A DNA stretch of 64,000 nt from an uncultured Caldilineales bacterium (GCA_937907455.1 CALESQ010000120.1:35447-99446), one strand, 5' to 3'; shown: positions 8,595-19,311, numbered from the stretch's first letter. Numbers and translations: made by a program. The notes: a model not told the origin generated them from the letters alone.

Positions 8595-8813
8595 TCGTAA
8601 GCCATCACTGTTTTCTTGGAGACTGTTTAAAAAGCCTTAATCAGTGGTTTCGATACGCTGTTTTGACTGAAACACCGCGTCGGTTGCGGGCGTTATACTC
8701 AAAAACACGCCGGTTGGACGGGCTAACCCGCTACTCAACCACCTTGTTCACTGTGAAATACCGTTTTAAGCAGCTTCTTACTCCTTACTCTTTTTGATCC
8801 CCCAGGAGCCGCC

Positions 8814-9956
8814 ATGTCTACCCCGCCCAGCCTGCGCCTCGGCATCGAGGAAGAATACCAGATTGTTGACCCCGAAACGCGCACCCTGCGCTACATCATC
8901 ACGCGCACGCCCAGAGACGAGCGACCCGTGTTGCGCGGGACTGAGGGCGATACCCCCCTCGAACCGCCCCTGGCCAAGCTGATGGCTGACCTTGCCAAGC
9001 CCGTCTTCAATAGCGCCGCTGAGCTGGGTGAGGCGCTGATCGAACAGCGCCGCGCGGTGTGCCAGATGGCCAGCGACCGTGGCCTGTGGGTTGCCGCCGC
9101 CGGTACACATCCCTTTGCCGCCTGGTCGCAAACCAGCACCCCGTTGCATGGTCGCTATGAGGGTCTCACCGAAGAAATGCGTGCCGTAGCCAAGCGCCTG
9201 TTGATCTTTGGTGCCCACATCCATGTGGCTATCGAAGACCCCGGCATGGCGATTGATTGCATGAACACCGTGCGCTACATGCTGCCGCACCTGCTTTGCC
9301 TCTCCACCAGCTCGCCCTTTTTCGCCGGACATGACACCGGCCTTAAATCATACCGGGCGATTTTGCACGAAAACCTGCCGCGCAGCGGCGTCCCGCACGA
9401 ATTCGCCTCGCCCGATGAATACAAGCACTACGTAGAGTTGCTCATCAAAACGCACTGTATCCGCGGCGAAAACGATATTTGGTGGGATGTGCGTCCGCAT
9501 CGTCAGCCTTCGTCGCTGGAGTTTCGTTTGTTTGACATGATGCCCGCAGTAGAGGACACCATCGGTCTGGTGGCCGCCGTGCAGGCGGTGGTAGCCTGGC
9601 TTACCGATCTGCGCGGCCACAACATCAGCTTCCGCCTCTACCCGCGCAGCCTGATCGAAGAGAACAAATGGCGCGCCGAACGCTATGGCCTGGACGGCAA
9701 GCTGATTGATTTCGGCAAAGAGCAGCAGTTGCCCGCGCGTACCCTGGTGCGTGAGCTGTTGCGCCTGGCCGATCCCTATGTCGAGCGGCTTGGTTCGCGC
9801 CGCCAGATAGACCACCTCTACCAGGTGATCGAGCGCGGCACCAGCGCCGACCGCCAACGCCGTGTCTATCAGCAAAATGGTGGTAAGAAAAACCACAACG
9901 CTGCATTGATCGCCGTGGTTGATGCACTCGTCGCCGAAACCATGATCTGCCGCTAG
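8814..9956 (+). CDS. carboxylate-amine ligase, YbdK / glutamate-cysteine ligase family 2 (GCS2), paralog 1
   Basis: 380 aa; [18 protein letters not shown]-terminus and overall YbdK-like layout. Confidence 0.8.
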   Translation: MSTPPSLRLGIEEEYQIVDPETRTLRYIITRTPRDERPVLRGTEGDTPLEPPLAKLMADLAKPVFNSAAELGEALIEQRRAVCQMASDRGLWVAAAGTHPFAAWSQTSTPLHGRYEGLTEEMRAVAKRLLIFGAHIHVAIEDPGMAIDCMNTVRYMLPHLLCLSTSSPFFAGHDTGLKSYRAILHENLPRSGVPHEFASPDEYKHYVELLIKTHCIRGENDIWWDVRPHRQPSSLEFRLFDMMPAVEDTIGLVAAVQAVVAWLTDLRGHNISFRLYPRSLIEENKWRAERYGLDGKLIDFGKEQQLPARTLVRELLRLADPYVERLGSRRQIDHLYQVIERGTSADRQRRVYQQNGGKKNHNAALIAVVDALVAETMICR

Positions 9957-9998
9957 CGATGCAGCATGGCGAATTGAAACCCCTGCGAGAACACATCC

Positions 9999-11147
9999 AT
10001 GATAACCCGTCCCTCCCTCACTGTTGGCATCGAAGAAGAATATCAGATCATTGAGCCCGGCACGCGCGAGTTAAAATCCTTCATCACCCAGTTTATGGAA
10101 TCCAAAGAGGGCGCGATGGAGATAAAAAAGGGCGAGTTGAAAGCTGGTGTCAAGCCAGAACTGCACGCCTCGATGGTCGAGCTGGGCACCCCGGTCTGCG
10201 CCAACGTAGCCGAGCTGAAAAGCGCACTCTTCGCCCAGCGCAATTCTATTTTTGAGCTGGCCGCGCAGCGCGGGCTGCAGATCGCCGCCGCCTCTACCCA
10301 TCCCTTCTCGCATTGGCTGGGACAAGAGATTTCTCCCTATGAGCGCTACGCCAAGACCGTGGAAGATCACCAGATGATCGCCCAGCGCATGTTGATCTTT
10401 GGCATGCACGTACACGTCGGTGTGGAAGACCGCGACTTTGCCATTGATTGCATGGATACCGTGCGCTACATGCTGCCGCACATCCTGGCCCTCACCACCA
10501 GCTCTCCCTTCTGGGCCGGTCGTCAAACCGGTCTGAAGTCCTATCGCTCCGTGGTGTTCGAGGATTTACCCCGCACCGGCCTGCCGGAAAGTTTTTCTTC
10601 ATGGGCGCACTTCGATCGTTTTGTGCAGCGCCTGGTTAACACCGGCTGCATCGCTGATGGTTCCAAGATCTGGTGGGATGTGCGCCCCCACTATGCCTTC
10701 CCTACACTGGAATTCCGCGTGCCCGACATCTGCACCCGCGCTGAAGAGGCCGTAGCAGTGGCTGCGCTGCTGCAAGCCATCGTCGCCTGGCTGTGGGAGC
10801 TGCGTCGCCGCAACATGACCTTCCGCAGTTATCGCCGTGATTTTATTGCCGAAAACAAGCGCCGCGCCCTGCGCAACGGTCTCGATGGCATGATGATTGA
10901 CTTCGGCAAAGAAATCGAAGTACCCACCCGCCAACTGGTGCGTGAACTGTTGCTGCTGGTAGACGAGCAGATTGACGAGTTGGGCAGCCGTGACGAAGTT
11001 GAAGTGATCTACCGCATTTTGGAGGACGGCACCAGCGCCGACCGACAGGTCAAGGTGTACCAGGAGCATGGCGGTGATGCCAATCGCGCCGAAGCTCTGC
11101 GCGCCGTGGTAGATCACCTGGTGCAGGAAACCGCTGAAGGGATTTAA
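9999..11147 (+). CDS. carboxylate-amine ligase, YbdK / GCS2 family, paralog 2
   Basis: 382 aa; [17 protein letters not shown]; roughly 50% identical to the upstream paralog (tandem duplication). Confidence 0.8.
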   Translation: MITRPSLTVGIEEEYQIIEPGTRELKSFITQFMESKEGAMEIKKGELKAGVKPELHASMVELGTPVCANVAELKSALFAQRNSIFELAAQRGLQIAAASTHPFSHWLGQEISPYERYAKTVEDHQMIAQRMLIFGMHVHVGVEDRDFAIDCMDTVRYMLPHILALTTSSPFWAGRQTGLKSYRSVVFEDLPRTGLPESFSSWAHFDRFVQRLVNTGCIADGSKIWWDVRPHYAFPTLEFRVPDICTRAEEAVAVAALLQAIVAWLWELRRRNMTFRSYRRDFIAENKRRALRNGLDGMMIDFGKEIEVPTRQLVRELLLLVDEQIDELGSRDEVEVIYRILEDGTSADRQVKVYQEHGGDANRAEALRAVVDHLVQETAEGI

Positions 11148-11148
11148 T

Positions 11149-12339
11149 GTGCCTGTTTTAGCACTGCGTCGCACTGCTGTTGCGGTGTTGATTTTCTGCC
11201 TGGCTGCGCTGGCACTGCTGGGGATGCCGGTGCTGGCGCGTCCGTTGCCCTCAGCACCACCCCTTGCCTTTTGCCCCGACTACGACGGCAACGGTCAGGT
11301 AGACGCCGCCGACATTACCCGCATTGCCGCATTGTGGGGTGGTTCCGCGCCCGATCCCCGGTTTGATTTCGATGATGACCCCACGGTGACAGTGAGCGAT
11401 GTCATGGCGGTGGCGGCGCGCTTCGGCTCTGCCTGCGCCGCCGGCAGCGGCTGTCTGTTCTTTCCACCCGATAACATCTGGAACGCCCGCGTTGATGCGC
11501 TCCCTGCCGATGCCAACTCGGCGGCCTACGTGCAGGCCATTGGTACGGCCGCCGGGCTGCATCCTGACTTTGGCGCCGGTTTGTGGGATGGCGGCCCTAT
11601 TGGCATTCCTTTCGTTGTCGTGCCCACCGTTCAACCGCCTGTGGCTGTGGCCTTCGACTACGCCGACGAGAGCGACCCCGGCCCTTATCCCATTCCCACC
11701 GCTGCGCCCATCGAGGGTGGCCCAGACAGCGATGGTGACCGCCATGTGCTGGTGTTGCGCAACGGCGATTGTCGCCTGTTCGAGACCTATTATGCTTGGC
11801 CCACACCTGATGGCAGTTGGTACGGCGGTTCGGGTGCAGTGTTTGATCTCAATGCACACGCCCTGCGTCCAGCAGGCTGGACTTCAGCCGATGCCGCCGG
11901 TCTGCCCATTCTGTCGGGGCTGGTGCGCTACGACGAGATAGCCAGCGGACGAATTGAGCATGCCCTGCGCTTCACCGCTCCGCGCACCCGTCGGGCCTAT
12001 GTCTGGCCCGCACGTCATTATGCTTCCAGCCTCACCGACCCCGCCCTGCCGCCCATGGGACAGCGCTTCCGCCTGCGCGCCGACTTCGATGTGTCCGGTT
12101 TTTCATCGGTCAACCGCGTGATTTTGACAGCACTCAAAGAATATGGAATGATGCTGGCTGACAATGGCTCCGCCTGGTATCTTTCAGGCGTGCCCGACGA
12201 ACGCTGGGACAACGCCGATCTGCATCAATTGCAGACCGGCGTCCACGGCTCGGATTTCGAGGCTGTAGATGTTTCCGGCTTGCTGCTGCACCCCGACTCG
12301 GGTCAGGTCAGGCCGACCTCTGCGCCATCATCACCCTGA
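11149..12339 (+). CDS. secreted protein with N-terminal signal peptide and dockerin-like calcium-binding repeats
   Basis: GTG start; hydrophobic signal; DYDGNGQVDAADITRIAALWG and DFDDDPTVTVSDVMAVAARFG dockerin type-I-like repeat pair; rest of protein without recognisable family. Confidence 0.5.
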   Translation: MPVLALRRTAVAVLIFCLAALALLGMPVLARPLPSAPPLAFCPDYDGNGQVDAADITRIAALWGGSAPDPRFDFDDDPTVTVSDVMAVAARFGSACAAGSGCLFFPPDNIWNARVDALPADANSAAYVQAIGTAAGLHPDFGAGLWDGGPIGIPFVVVPTVQPPVAVAFDYADESDPGPYPIPTAAPIEGGPDSDGDRHVLVLRNGDCRLFETYYAWPTPDGSWYGGSGAVFDLNAHALRPAGWTSADAAGLPILSGLVRYDEIASGRIEHALRFTAPRTRRAYVWPARHYASSLTDPALPPMGQRFRLRADFDVSGFSSVNRVILTALKEYGMMLADNGSAWYLSGVPDERWDNADLHQLQTGVHGSDFEAVDVSGLLLHPDSGQVRPTSAPSSP

Positions 12340-12515
12340 TAGCAGGCCGGTCAGGTAATCGTCTGGAGACTGAGTACAGCATAAACAAAGCGCCGTCGCC
12401 ACCTACTCGATCGGCGGCCCGCTGCTTAAGCTCAGTTACAAAGCACTAAGTTGGCGCTCTGCACTCCAAGCCAGCCCGGTTTTGCCTTACACCCCGGAAA
12501 GCATTCATTTCATTC

Positions 12516-13766
12516 ATGTCGCATCTTGCTGACGCCCGCTGGCCGCTGCCACAGGGGGTTGTGGATCTACTCTACGAAGACGCCGCCGACAAGCGCGGCC
12601 TGGAAGCCGCCCTGCGCGGTTGTTTTCGCGTTTGGAGCTACGACGAGCTGATTGCACCCACCTTTGAGTATGCCGATACGTTGGCCTCGGAGGCAGGCAC
12701 GCAGCTTGCCGAAGAGATGTACCGCTTCACCGACCGTGATGGCCGCACCCTGGCCCTGCGCCCTGAACTGACCATCCCCGCCGCGCGCGTGGCGGCCACC
12801 CGGCTCTACGACCAAGCCATGCCACTGCGTCTGTGCTACATCGGCCCGGTGTTTCGCTACGAAGCACCTCAGGCCGGGCGTCAGCGTGAGTTCACTCAGG
12901 CAGGCGTGGAGCTGATCGGCGCCGCTGGCCCCGCGGCCGATGCCGAGGTGCTGGCGCTCACTGCCGAGGCACTGCGCACCGCCGGGCTTACCCGTTTTCA
13001 GCTTGCTCTCGGCCAAATGGCCTTTTTTCATGCCCTGCTGGTTGAGTTGAACCTCACGCCGGTCGCCTTGCATACGCTGCAAAGCGCGTTGGACCGCAAA
13101 AACGCCGCTGATATTGCCGCGGCGCTGGCAGCCATCCCCGCCAGCCCTGCCCTGCACCGCACGTTGCTGGCCCTGCCCGCCTTGTCCGGTGGCCCCGTCA
13201 TTCTCCACACTGCCCGCACCCTTTGCCTGAACCCAGCAATGACCGCGGCACTCGACCATCTGGCTGCGCTGCATGAGTTGCTGCACGGCTATGGTGTGGC
13301 CGATCACATCACTTTCGACTTGGGCGAGACCCGTGCCATGCAATATTATACCGGCATCACCTTCAAGGGGTACACGCCCGGCGTCGGTTTTGCCATTTGT
13401 TCCGGCGGGCGCTACGATGACCTGCTGGCTCATTTTGGGCGGCCTCAGCCCGCTGTGGGCTGTGCGCTTTGGGTGGATAGAATAGCCCTGGCGCGGCAGC
13501 GGCAGGGCTGGCAGCCTTCCCCACTGCGTGCCGATCTGCTGTGGCTGGGGGAACTTTCGCCTGCCTGCCTGGCCGCGCTGATCGAGCTGCGCCGCCGCGG
13601 CCTGCGCGTAGAACTACACCTGGGCGATGCCGCTGTTGATGTTCAGTCGGCCCGCGCGCCGCGCCTGGCCCATTGTGTGGATGCAGATACCGTGCGGCTG
13701 CGCACCGCCGAGGGCACGCGCACGCTGTCCATCACCGCGCTGATGCACGAGGCTGCCACATGGTAA
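12516..13766 (+). CDS. hisZ: ATP phosphoribosyltransferase regulatory subunit HisZ (HisRS paralog)
   Basis: 416 aa class-II aaRS-like (YRFTDRDGRTLALRPELT, GPVFRYEAPQAGRQREF); followed by short-form hisG. Confidence 0.8.
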   Translation: MSHLADARWPLPQGVVDLLYEDAADKRGLEAALRGCFRVWSYDELIAPTFEYADTLASEAGTQLAEEMYRFTDRDGRTLALRPELTIPAARVAATRLYDQAMPLRLCYIGPVFRYEAPQAGRQREFTQAGVELIGAAGPAADAEVLALTAEALRTAGLTRFQLALGQMAFFHALLVELNLTPVALHTLQSALDRKNAADIAAALAAIPASPALHRTLLALPALSGGPVILHTARTLCLNPAMTAALDHLAALHELLHGYGVADHITFDLGETRAMQYYTGITFKGYTPGVGFAICSGGRYDDLLAHFGRPQPAVGCALWVDRIALARQRQGWQPSPLRADLLWLGELSPACLAALIELRRRGLRVELHLGDAAVDVQSARAPRLAHCVDADTVRLRTAEGTRTLSITALMHEAATW

Positions 13767-14425
13767 ATCGTCTGGCTGCTGATCGCCTGGTGGTGGCACT
13801 ACCCAAAGGCCGCTTGCTGGAGGAAGCCCGCACTTGTCTGGAGCAGGCCGGTTATGGCCTGCGTGCTGGTGACAACGACCGCCAATTACTGTTGCCTTCT
13901 GCCGCACCGCACCTGAGCTACGTGCTGGCCAAGCCCGGTGATGTGCCGGTGTATGTGGAAAACGGCGCTTGTGATTTGGGCATTGCTGGTCTCGATGTGC
14001 TGCGCGAGCATCAACCCGATCTGCTGGAGCCGCTGCTGCTGCCGTTTGGCTACTGCCGCCTGGCCGTAGCTGGGCCTGCAGCACGCGGTGATCATCCGTT
14101 GCGGCTGGAGCCGAACCCGCGCGTAGCTACCAAGTTTCCCCGCCTGACCGAGGCTTTCTTTCGCAGCCGAGGGGTCAGCGCCGAGATTATCGAGTTGTCC
14201 GGCAGTGTCGAGCTGGCCCCGCTGGTAGATCTGTCTGATCTGATTGTGGATCTGGTGCAGAGCGGTCAGACGCTGCACGACAATGGACTGCGTGAGCTGC
14301 GCGTGGTGCTGCACAGCCAGGCCGTGCTGGTAGCCAACCGCGCGGCGTGGCGGCTGAAAACCGCCGTGATCGAGACTTTTGTGGCCGATCTGCGCCGCGC
14401 GGTGGAGGAAATGTCCAATGCCTGA
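13760..14425 (+). CDS. hisG: ATP phosphoribosyltransferase, short form
   Basis: MVNRLAADRLVVALPKGRLLEEAR...; about 221 aa; 7-nt overlap with hisZ. Confidence 0.85.
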   Translation: MVNRLAADRLVVALPKGRLLEEARTCLEQAGYGLRAGDNDRQLLLPSAAPHLSYVLAKPGDVPVYVENGACDLGIAGLDVLREHQPDLLEPLLLPFGYCRLAVAGPAARGDHPLRLEPNPRVATKFPRLTEAFFRSRGVSAEIIELSGSVELAPLVDLSDLIVDLVQSGQTLHDNGLRELRVVLHSQAVLVANRAAWRLKTAVIETFVADLRRAVEEMSNA

Positions 14426-15341
14426 ATTTACCGTCCGCCCTGCCGCCAGGCAGGAATTCGCCGCGTTTGTCGCCTGGTACATCGAAGAGCGCAGCCGCGA
14501 TCCGCGCTTTGCTGCCACCGCGGGCAATGCCTGGCAGCGTTTTCTGTTTCGACGCTGGGTGTTGCCGCGCTATCTGCGCACGCGTACCAATCAACTGGTA
14601 TTGGAACAGGATGGCAGCTTCGCAGGCTTTGCCGTGGTTGAGCAGGCCGGTGACACCGTCACTCTGAGCGAATTCCGTGTAGAGCCGGGCTTTGCAGTGC
14701 CTGAACTGCTTAAGGCACTGCTGGCTGCTGTTGAAACACTGGCACGCGACCGCGAATATCGCTATGTGCGTCTGGCTCCGCTTGATAGCAGCGCCGAACA
14801 CCTGGCGCTCTACCGGGCTGCGGGCTATGAGCTGCTGGACTACTACCTGTGGAGCTACCGCGGTGAGCTGACAGGCGAGGTTGCCCCTGCCGGCCTGACG
14901 CTGCGCTCTCTGTTGCCGCGCGATGGCCTCAGCGAGCGCCTGCACTGGCTGGCTATCGAAATGGACGCCTCGGCGGTGGTGGCGCGCGAGCTGATTGACA
15001 GCAGCCTGCTGCCGCAGCGCCCTTCACCTTTCCCTTCATATCGCATTGAACAGCACGGCGACGCGGTAGGTTATGTGTCAGTACGCGCGGATGAGCGCAA
15101 TGATGGGGTGCTGTCGCTGGCGCTTTCGCTTCAACCGGCTCTGTGGGGCAGCGAGATCGAGACGCAGGCCGTGCTGGCTGCCGTGGCTACCCACCGCGCC
15201 GCAGCGCCGGTGGCGGTGCGCATCATGCTCAACACCACGGCACATGCCGACCGCGCCGAAGCGGTTTACAGCCGCCTCGGTCTTAGCCGCATGTTGGATG
15301 ACCGGCCTTTGCTGGTGAGGGATTTGGCTGCGCTGCCGTAG
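14418..15341 (+). CDS. GNAT-like N-acetyltransferase (apparent tandem GNAT folds) embedded in his operon
   Basis: ATG 14418 overlapping hisG stop; weak GNAT-like features; no specific family recognised. Confidence 0.4.
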   Translation: MPEFTVRPAARQEFAAFVAWYIEERSRDPRFAATAGNAWQRFLFRRWVLPRYLRTRTNQLVLEQDGSFAGFAVVEQAGDTVTLSEFRVEPGFAVPELLKALLAAVETLARDREYRYVRLAPLDSSAEHLALYRAAGYELLDYYLWSYRGELTGEVAPAGLTLRSLLPRDGLSERLHWLAIEMDASAVVARELIDSSLLPQRPSPFPSYRIEQHGDAVGYVSVRADERNDGVLSLALSLQPALWGSEIETQAVLAAVATHRAAAPVAVRIMLNTTAHADRAEAVYSRLGLSRMLDDRPLLVRDLAALP

Positions 15342-15426
15342 ATAGTTCACAGCGCTGCCTGCATAACACTTCCAACGCTTTGACAGCCTGCTGTTTGCGC
15401 GTATACTGACTTTCATACCACACTGT

Positions 15427-16185
15427 ATGTTGATCTTTCCTGCCATTGATTTACGTCGCGGGCGTTGCGTGCGTCTACGCCAGGGCGACCCCACCGCTGA
15501 AACTGTGTTCGGCGATGATCCCGCGGCTATGGCACGCCATTGGGCTGCCCAGGGAGCCCAATGGCTGCATGTGGTCAATCTGGATGGCGCGTTGGGCGAT
15601 CAGGCTGCCGATGCCCCGAATCTGCGCTGCCTGGCGGCTATCCGTGCCGTGATTGATCTGCCCATTCAGTTCGGCGGCGGGCTGCGCACGCTGGATGATG
15701 TGGCCCTTGCTCTGCGTTTGGGGGCCACGCGTGTGGTGCTGGGCACAGCATTGCTGCAAGATTCTGCATTGGCCGCCACCGCAGTGCGGCGTTTCGGCAG
15801 CGAGGCGATTGTGGCCGGTCTGGATGCACGCGGCGGTTATGTAGCTACTCATGGCTGGCAGTCTGCCAGCACTGTAACTGTTTTGGAGTTGGCTCGTCAC
15901 CTGGCTGCGGCCGGTGTGCTGCGCGCGGTTTACACCGATATTGCCCGTGATGGCATGTTGAGCGGTGTGGATGTCGCGGGCAGTGTGGCATTGGCCGAAC
16001 ACAGTGGCCTGGCTGTGATTGCCAGCGGCGGCGTGCGCGATCTGGATGATATCCGCGCACTGCTGGCAGTGACTGCCCGCGGCGTTGAAGGTGTTATTGC
16101 TGGTCAGGCTCTTTACACTGGTTCGCTGGATCTGCGTAGTGCTGTGGCACTGGCAGACGCGCAGACAATGGAATTGTCTGGCTGA
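15427..16185 (+). CDS. hisA: ProFAR isomerase
   Basis: [21 protein letters not shown] canonical HisA N-terminus. Confidence 0.85.
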   Translation: MLIFPAIDLRRGRCVRLRQGDPTAETVFGDDPAAMARHWAAQGAQWLHVVNLDGALGDQAADAPNLRCLAAIRAVIDLPIQFGGGLRTLDDVALALRLGATRVVLGTALLQDSALAATAVRRFGSEAIVAGLDARGGYVATHGWQSASTVTVLELARHLAAAGVLRAVYTDIARDGMLSGVDVAGSVALAEHSGLAVIASGGVRDLDDIRALLAVTARGVEGVIAGQALYTGSLDLRSAVALADAQTMELSG

Positions 16186-16278
16186 CAGCACGAAGCGCCT
16201 TTGGGCGTTGCGGAAACAGGCCCTGAGGGGCCTTTGTATGATGAGGCGGCGAATTCCATTCGCTGCGTATCGTTCATT

Positions 16279-17034
16279 ATGCTTGCTAAACGCATCATCC
16301 CCTGTCTCGATGTCAAAGATGGCCGCGTGGTCAAAGGCGTCAGTTTCGTTGACCTGCGCGATGCCGGCGATCCGGTAGAGCAGGCGCGCATCTATGACGG
16401 TGAGGGCGCCGATGAGTTGGTGTTTCTTGACATAACAGCCAGCCACGAACGCCGTGAAATTACGTTGGAGATGGTTGAGGCCGTGGCGCGTACGGTGTTT
16501 ATTCCTTTCACTGTGGGCGGCGGCATTCGCACCGTGGCTGATATGCGCGGCCTGTTGCTGGCCGGGGCCGACAAGGTAAGTATCAATTCCGCCGCAGTAC
16601 ACAACCCCCGGCTCATTGCCGAGGGTGCGCAGCAGTTCGGCAGCCAGTGCGTGGTGGTCGCCATTGATGCCAAACGTCACGGCGACGGTTGGCAGGTTTA
16701 TATCAACGGCGGGCGCACTGCCACCGGGCTGGATGCGCTCACCTGGGCCGAGCAAGTGACAACGCTGGGCGCGGGCGAAATCCTGCTTACCAGTATGGAT
16801 GCCGATGGCACACAGGCCGGGTACGATGTGGCACTCACTCGCGCGGTGGCCGGGCGCGTATCAGTGCCGGTGATTGCCTCTGGCGGAGCGGGATCGCTGG
16901 CCCATTTTCATGCTGCCTTTGCCGAGGGTCATGCCGATGCCGCCCTGGCTGCCTCGCTGTTTCACTTTCGCCAGCTCAGCATTGGCGAGGTGAAACGCTA
17001 TCTGGCCGGTCAGGAAATACCGGTAAGACTTTAG
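16279..17034 (+). CDS. hisF: imidazole glycerol phosphate synthase cyclase subunit
   Basis: [20 protein letters not shown] canonical HisF; ORF-track start 16201 trimmed. Confidence 0.85.
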   Translation: MLAKRIIPCLDVKDGRVVKGVSFVDLRDAGDPVEQARIYDGEGADELVFLDITASHERREITLEMVEAVARTVFIPFTVGGGIRTVADMRGLLLAGADKVSINSAAVHNPRLIAEGAQQFGSQCVVVAIDAKRHGDGWQVYINGGRTATGLDALTWAEQVTTLGAGEILLTSMDADGTQAGYDVALTRAVAGRVSVPVIASGGAGSLAHFHAAFAEGHADAALAASLFHFRQLSIGEVKRYLAGQEIPVRL

Positions 17035-17046
17035 CACAGCCTGCTT

Positions 17047-17457
17047 ATGGATCTCTTGAACGACTTAACCTGGAACGCCGATGACTTGCTGCCTGCTGTC
17101 GTGCAGGATGCCCACACTCAGCAGGTGTTGATGCTGGGTTGGATGAACGCCGAAGCGCTGCAAAAAACCTTGCTGGAAGGCTATGTCACCTTCTGGAGCC
17201 GCAGCCGCAGCACGTTGTGGCGCAAGGGTGAAAGCTCCGGCAATCTGCTGGTTACCACAGCGGTAGCCTACGATTGTGATGCGGACGCGCTGCTGGTGCA
17301 GGCTGCACCGCTTGGCCCTACCTGTCATACCGGCAATGTCTCCTGCTTTTATCGTCAGATATCCTACGATGATGCCCTGCTGCAACAACAGCGCCTTGCT
17401 GGCGCGGCTCAGCCCGTGTGGTCTGCCGAAGCCGCCCAGGGTGCTGACACCCCGTAA
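17047..17457 (+). CDS. hisI: phosphoribosyl-AMP cyclohydrolase
   Basis: 136 aa; [25 protein letters not shown]. Confidence 0.85.
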   Translation: MDLLNDLTWNADDLLPAVVQDAHTQQVLMLGWMNAEALQKTLLEGYVTFWSRSRSTLWRKGESSGNLLVTTAVAYDCDADALLVQAAPLGPTCHTGNVSCFYRQISYDDALLQQQRLAGAAQPVWSAEAAQGADTP

Positions 17458-17470
17458 CCATACATAGGAC

Positions 17471-17761
17471 GTGTTTATGAACGACTCAACGCTTGCGCGG
17501 CTTTGGGAGGTCATTGAAGCCCGCAAAAGCCAGCAGCCTTCCGGCTCTTACACCGTGCATTTGCTGCAAGCTGGCGAGGACGAAATCCTGAAAAAGATCG
17601 GTGAAGAGGCTATCGAGGTGATAGTGGCCGCTAAAGGTCAGGGTGATGAGCGTGTGGTCTGCGAAATCGCGGACCTGTGCTACCATGTGATGATGCTGCT
17701 GGCGGTGCGCGGCCAATCGTGGCACGACGTGGCCGCCGAGCTGGAGCGCCGTCTTACCTAG
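17471..17761 (+). CDS. hisE: phosphoribosyl-ATP pyrophosphohydrolase
   Basis: 96 aa; LARLWEVIEARK...EEAIEVIVAAK. Confidence 0.85.
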   Translation: MFMNDSTLARLWEVIEARKSQQPSGSYTVHLLQAGEDEILKKIGEEAIEVIVAAKGQGDERVVCEIADLCYHVMMLLAVRGQSWHDVAAELERRLT

Positions 17762-17763
17762 CC

Positions 17764-19311
17764 ATGCGCATCGTTACCGTTGTTCTGCGCTGGAGCCTGT
17801 ATCTTGCTTTGTTGGTCGGCAGCGTTGCCGCGTGTACCTTCCGCCCTCAGCCGCAGCGGCCACAGAGTGAGGCAGCCACCACAACAGCGCAGCTTGAGCC
17901 AACTGTCAGCCCCACACCCACGGCCACTGCCTTGCCACCGGCCGTGCTGCAAGCGGGGGCATTGCCCGCTGGTCAGGTTATCTTTTCCGTGCAGCGTGCA
18001 GGTGAGGCAGGCGCGGGGCTTTGGCGTTTGAATGCCGATGGCTTGCAACTGCTGCGCTCCGATGTGGTCGCTTCGGCCTGGGACTGTGCGGACACCGCCA
18101 TGCCGAGCTGCGTGACGGTTGCCAGTGATGCCGGCCTCTATGCCTTTGATCCCATTAGCCGCAGTGTGCAGTTGTTGGATGTGCTGGATGGCTGGACGTT
18201 GCCGCCAGTTGCGGTTGCCGAACCGCCGATGCTCACCGAGCCTGCCGAGAGTCAACCCGCCGAGCCGGTGACGCTTACCATGTCTGCCGAGAGTATGCCT
18301 GCCGAGCCGGTGACGCTTACCATGTCTGCCGATAGCCCGTCTTTCGAGCCGCTGACGTTCACCGGGCCTGCCGAGAGTCTGCTCACCGAGCCGCTGACGC
18401 TCACCGTGCCCTTTGCCGTGCTGCCGTCGCCCACGCTGGCGCTTTCTGCTGATGGCAAAAGCCTGGCTGTGGCTGCGTTTAGCCAATTGCGCCTGTATGC
18501 GTTGGCTGAACCCGCTTTGCTGGCCGCGCTGCCTGCACCCAACCCCACCGAGATGGCTTGGTCGCCCGATGGTCAATGGCTGGCTGTGATAGCTGATGAC
18601 CGTGGCCGACGCGCCGTGTGGCTGTGGGGTGACGCTGCCGGACAGTTCACCTCGCTGGCGCAGATGGAGGCCGCGGCGCATCTGGCCTGGTCACCGGACA
18701 GCAGTCAACTGGCGTTTGACGCGCGTATGACCGCGGCTACTCCCAGCAATCAGGGCGACCAGTCTGATATTTTCTTGTGGCAGCGCGACAGCAACGAGAT
18801 TCGCAACGTCACCGAGCTGTTTCTCACCAACGGTTGGACGGATCCTGCCTATCAGATCGCGGCCTGGCTGCCGCAGTGGGAGCCAGATGGCATGGCCTTG
18901 CGCTATCTGCGCGGGTTGCCAGCCGATCCCACTACCTACGCGTGGGCACGCCAGACGTTGAGCGGCAATCGCTTTATCAGTATTTTGCCGTTGGCTGTAG
19001 AGCCGGGTGCGGGCTTTTATCCGCAGCAACCGGTTACCGGCCTATGGCTACGCCGCTTGCCGCGTGATGGTCGCGATTTGCTTCAGCAGAGTTTGGATGG
19101 CAATAGCTGGCAGGATGTCGGCGGTACCTTTGCCGAGATACGCAGCGTGGCGTGGCAACCAGCTACGGCCGCGGCGAAGGCTGCCTCACCCCGCCTGCTG
19201 ATCGCTGATCGGCAAAGCCTGCTGCTGCTTGATCCGGTAAGCAACGCCCTGAGCGGCCTGGCCGTTACCTGTGCAGCCTGCGAGATCAGCCACGCGGTAT
19301 GGTTGCCTTGA
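17764..19311 (+). CDS. lipoprotein with TolB/PD40-like beta-propeller repeats and an internal 14-aa tandem repeat
   Basis: ATG 17764 overlapping hisE stop; lipobox LVGSVAAC; AWSPDGQWLAV / AWSPDSSQLAF PD40-like motifs. Confidence 0.5.
   Translation: MRIVTVVLRWSLYLALLVGSVAACTFRPQPQRPQSEAATTTAQLEPTVSPTPTATALPPAVLQAGALPAGQVIFSVQRAGEAGAGLWRLNADGLQLLRSDVVASAWDCADTAMPSCVTVASDAGLYAFDPISRSVQLLDVLDGWTLPPVAVAEPPMLTEPAESQPAEPVTLTMSAESMPAEPVTLTMSADSPSFEPLTFTGPAESLLTEPLTLTVPFAVLPSPTLALSADGKSLAVAAFSQLRLYALAEPALLAALPAPNPTEMAWSPDGQWLAVIADDRGRRAVWLWGDAAGQFTSLAQMEAAAHLAWSPDSSQLAFDARMTAATPSNQGDQSDIFLWQRDSNEIRNVTELFLTNGWTDPAYQIAAWLPQWEPDGMALRYLRGLPADPTTYAWARQTLSGNRFISILPLAVEPGAGFYPQQPVTGLWLRRLPRDGRDLLQQSLDGNSWQDVGGTFAEIRSVAWQPATAAAKAASPRLLIADRQSLLLLDPVSNALSGLAVTCAACEISHAVWLP
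18244..18411 (+). repeat. 42-nt x4 in-frame tandem repeat inside lipoprotein gene (AES-PAEPVTLTMS units)
   Basis: direct reading of near-identical 42-mers. Confidence 0.7.

Noticed and set aside
12340-12515. his leader peptide / T-box upstream of hisZ
   Set aside because: No run of His codons in any short ORF and no T-box consensus (AGGGTGGNACCGCG) visible.
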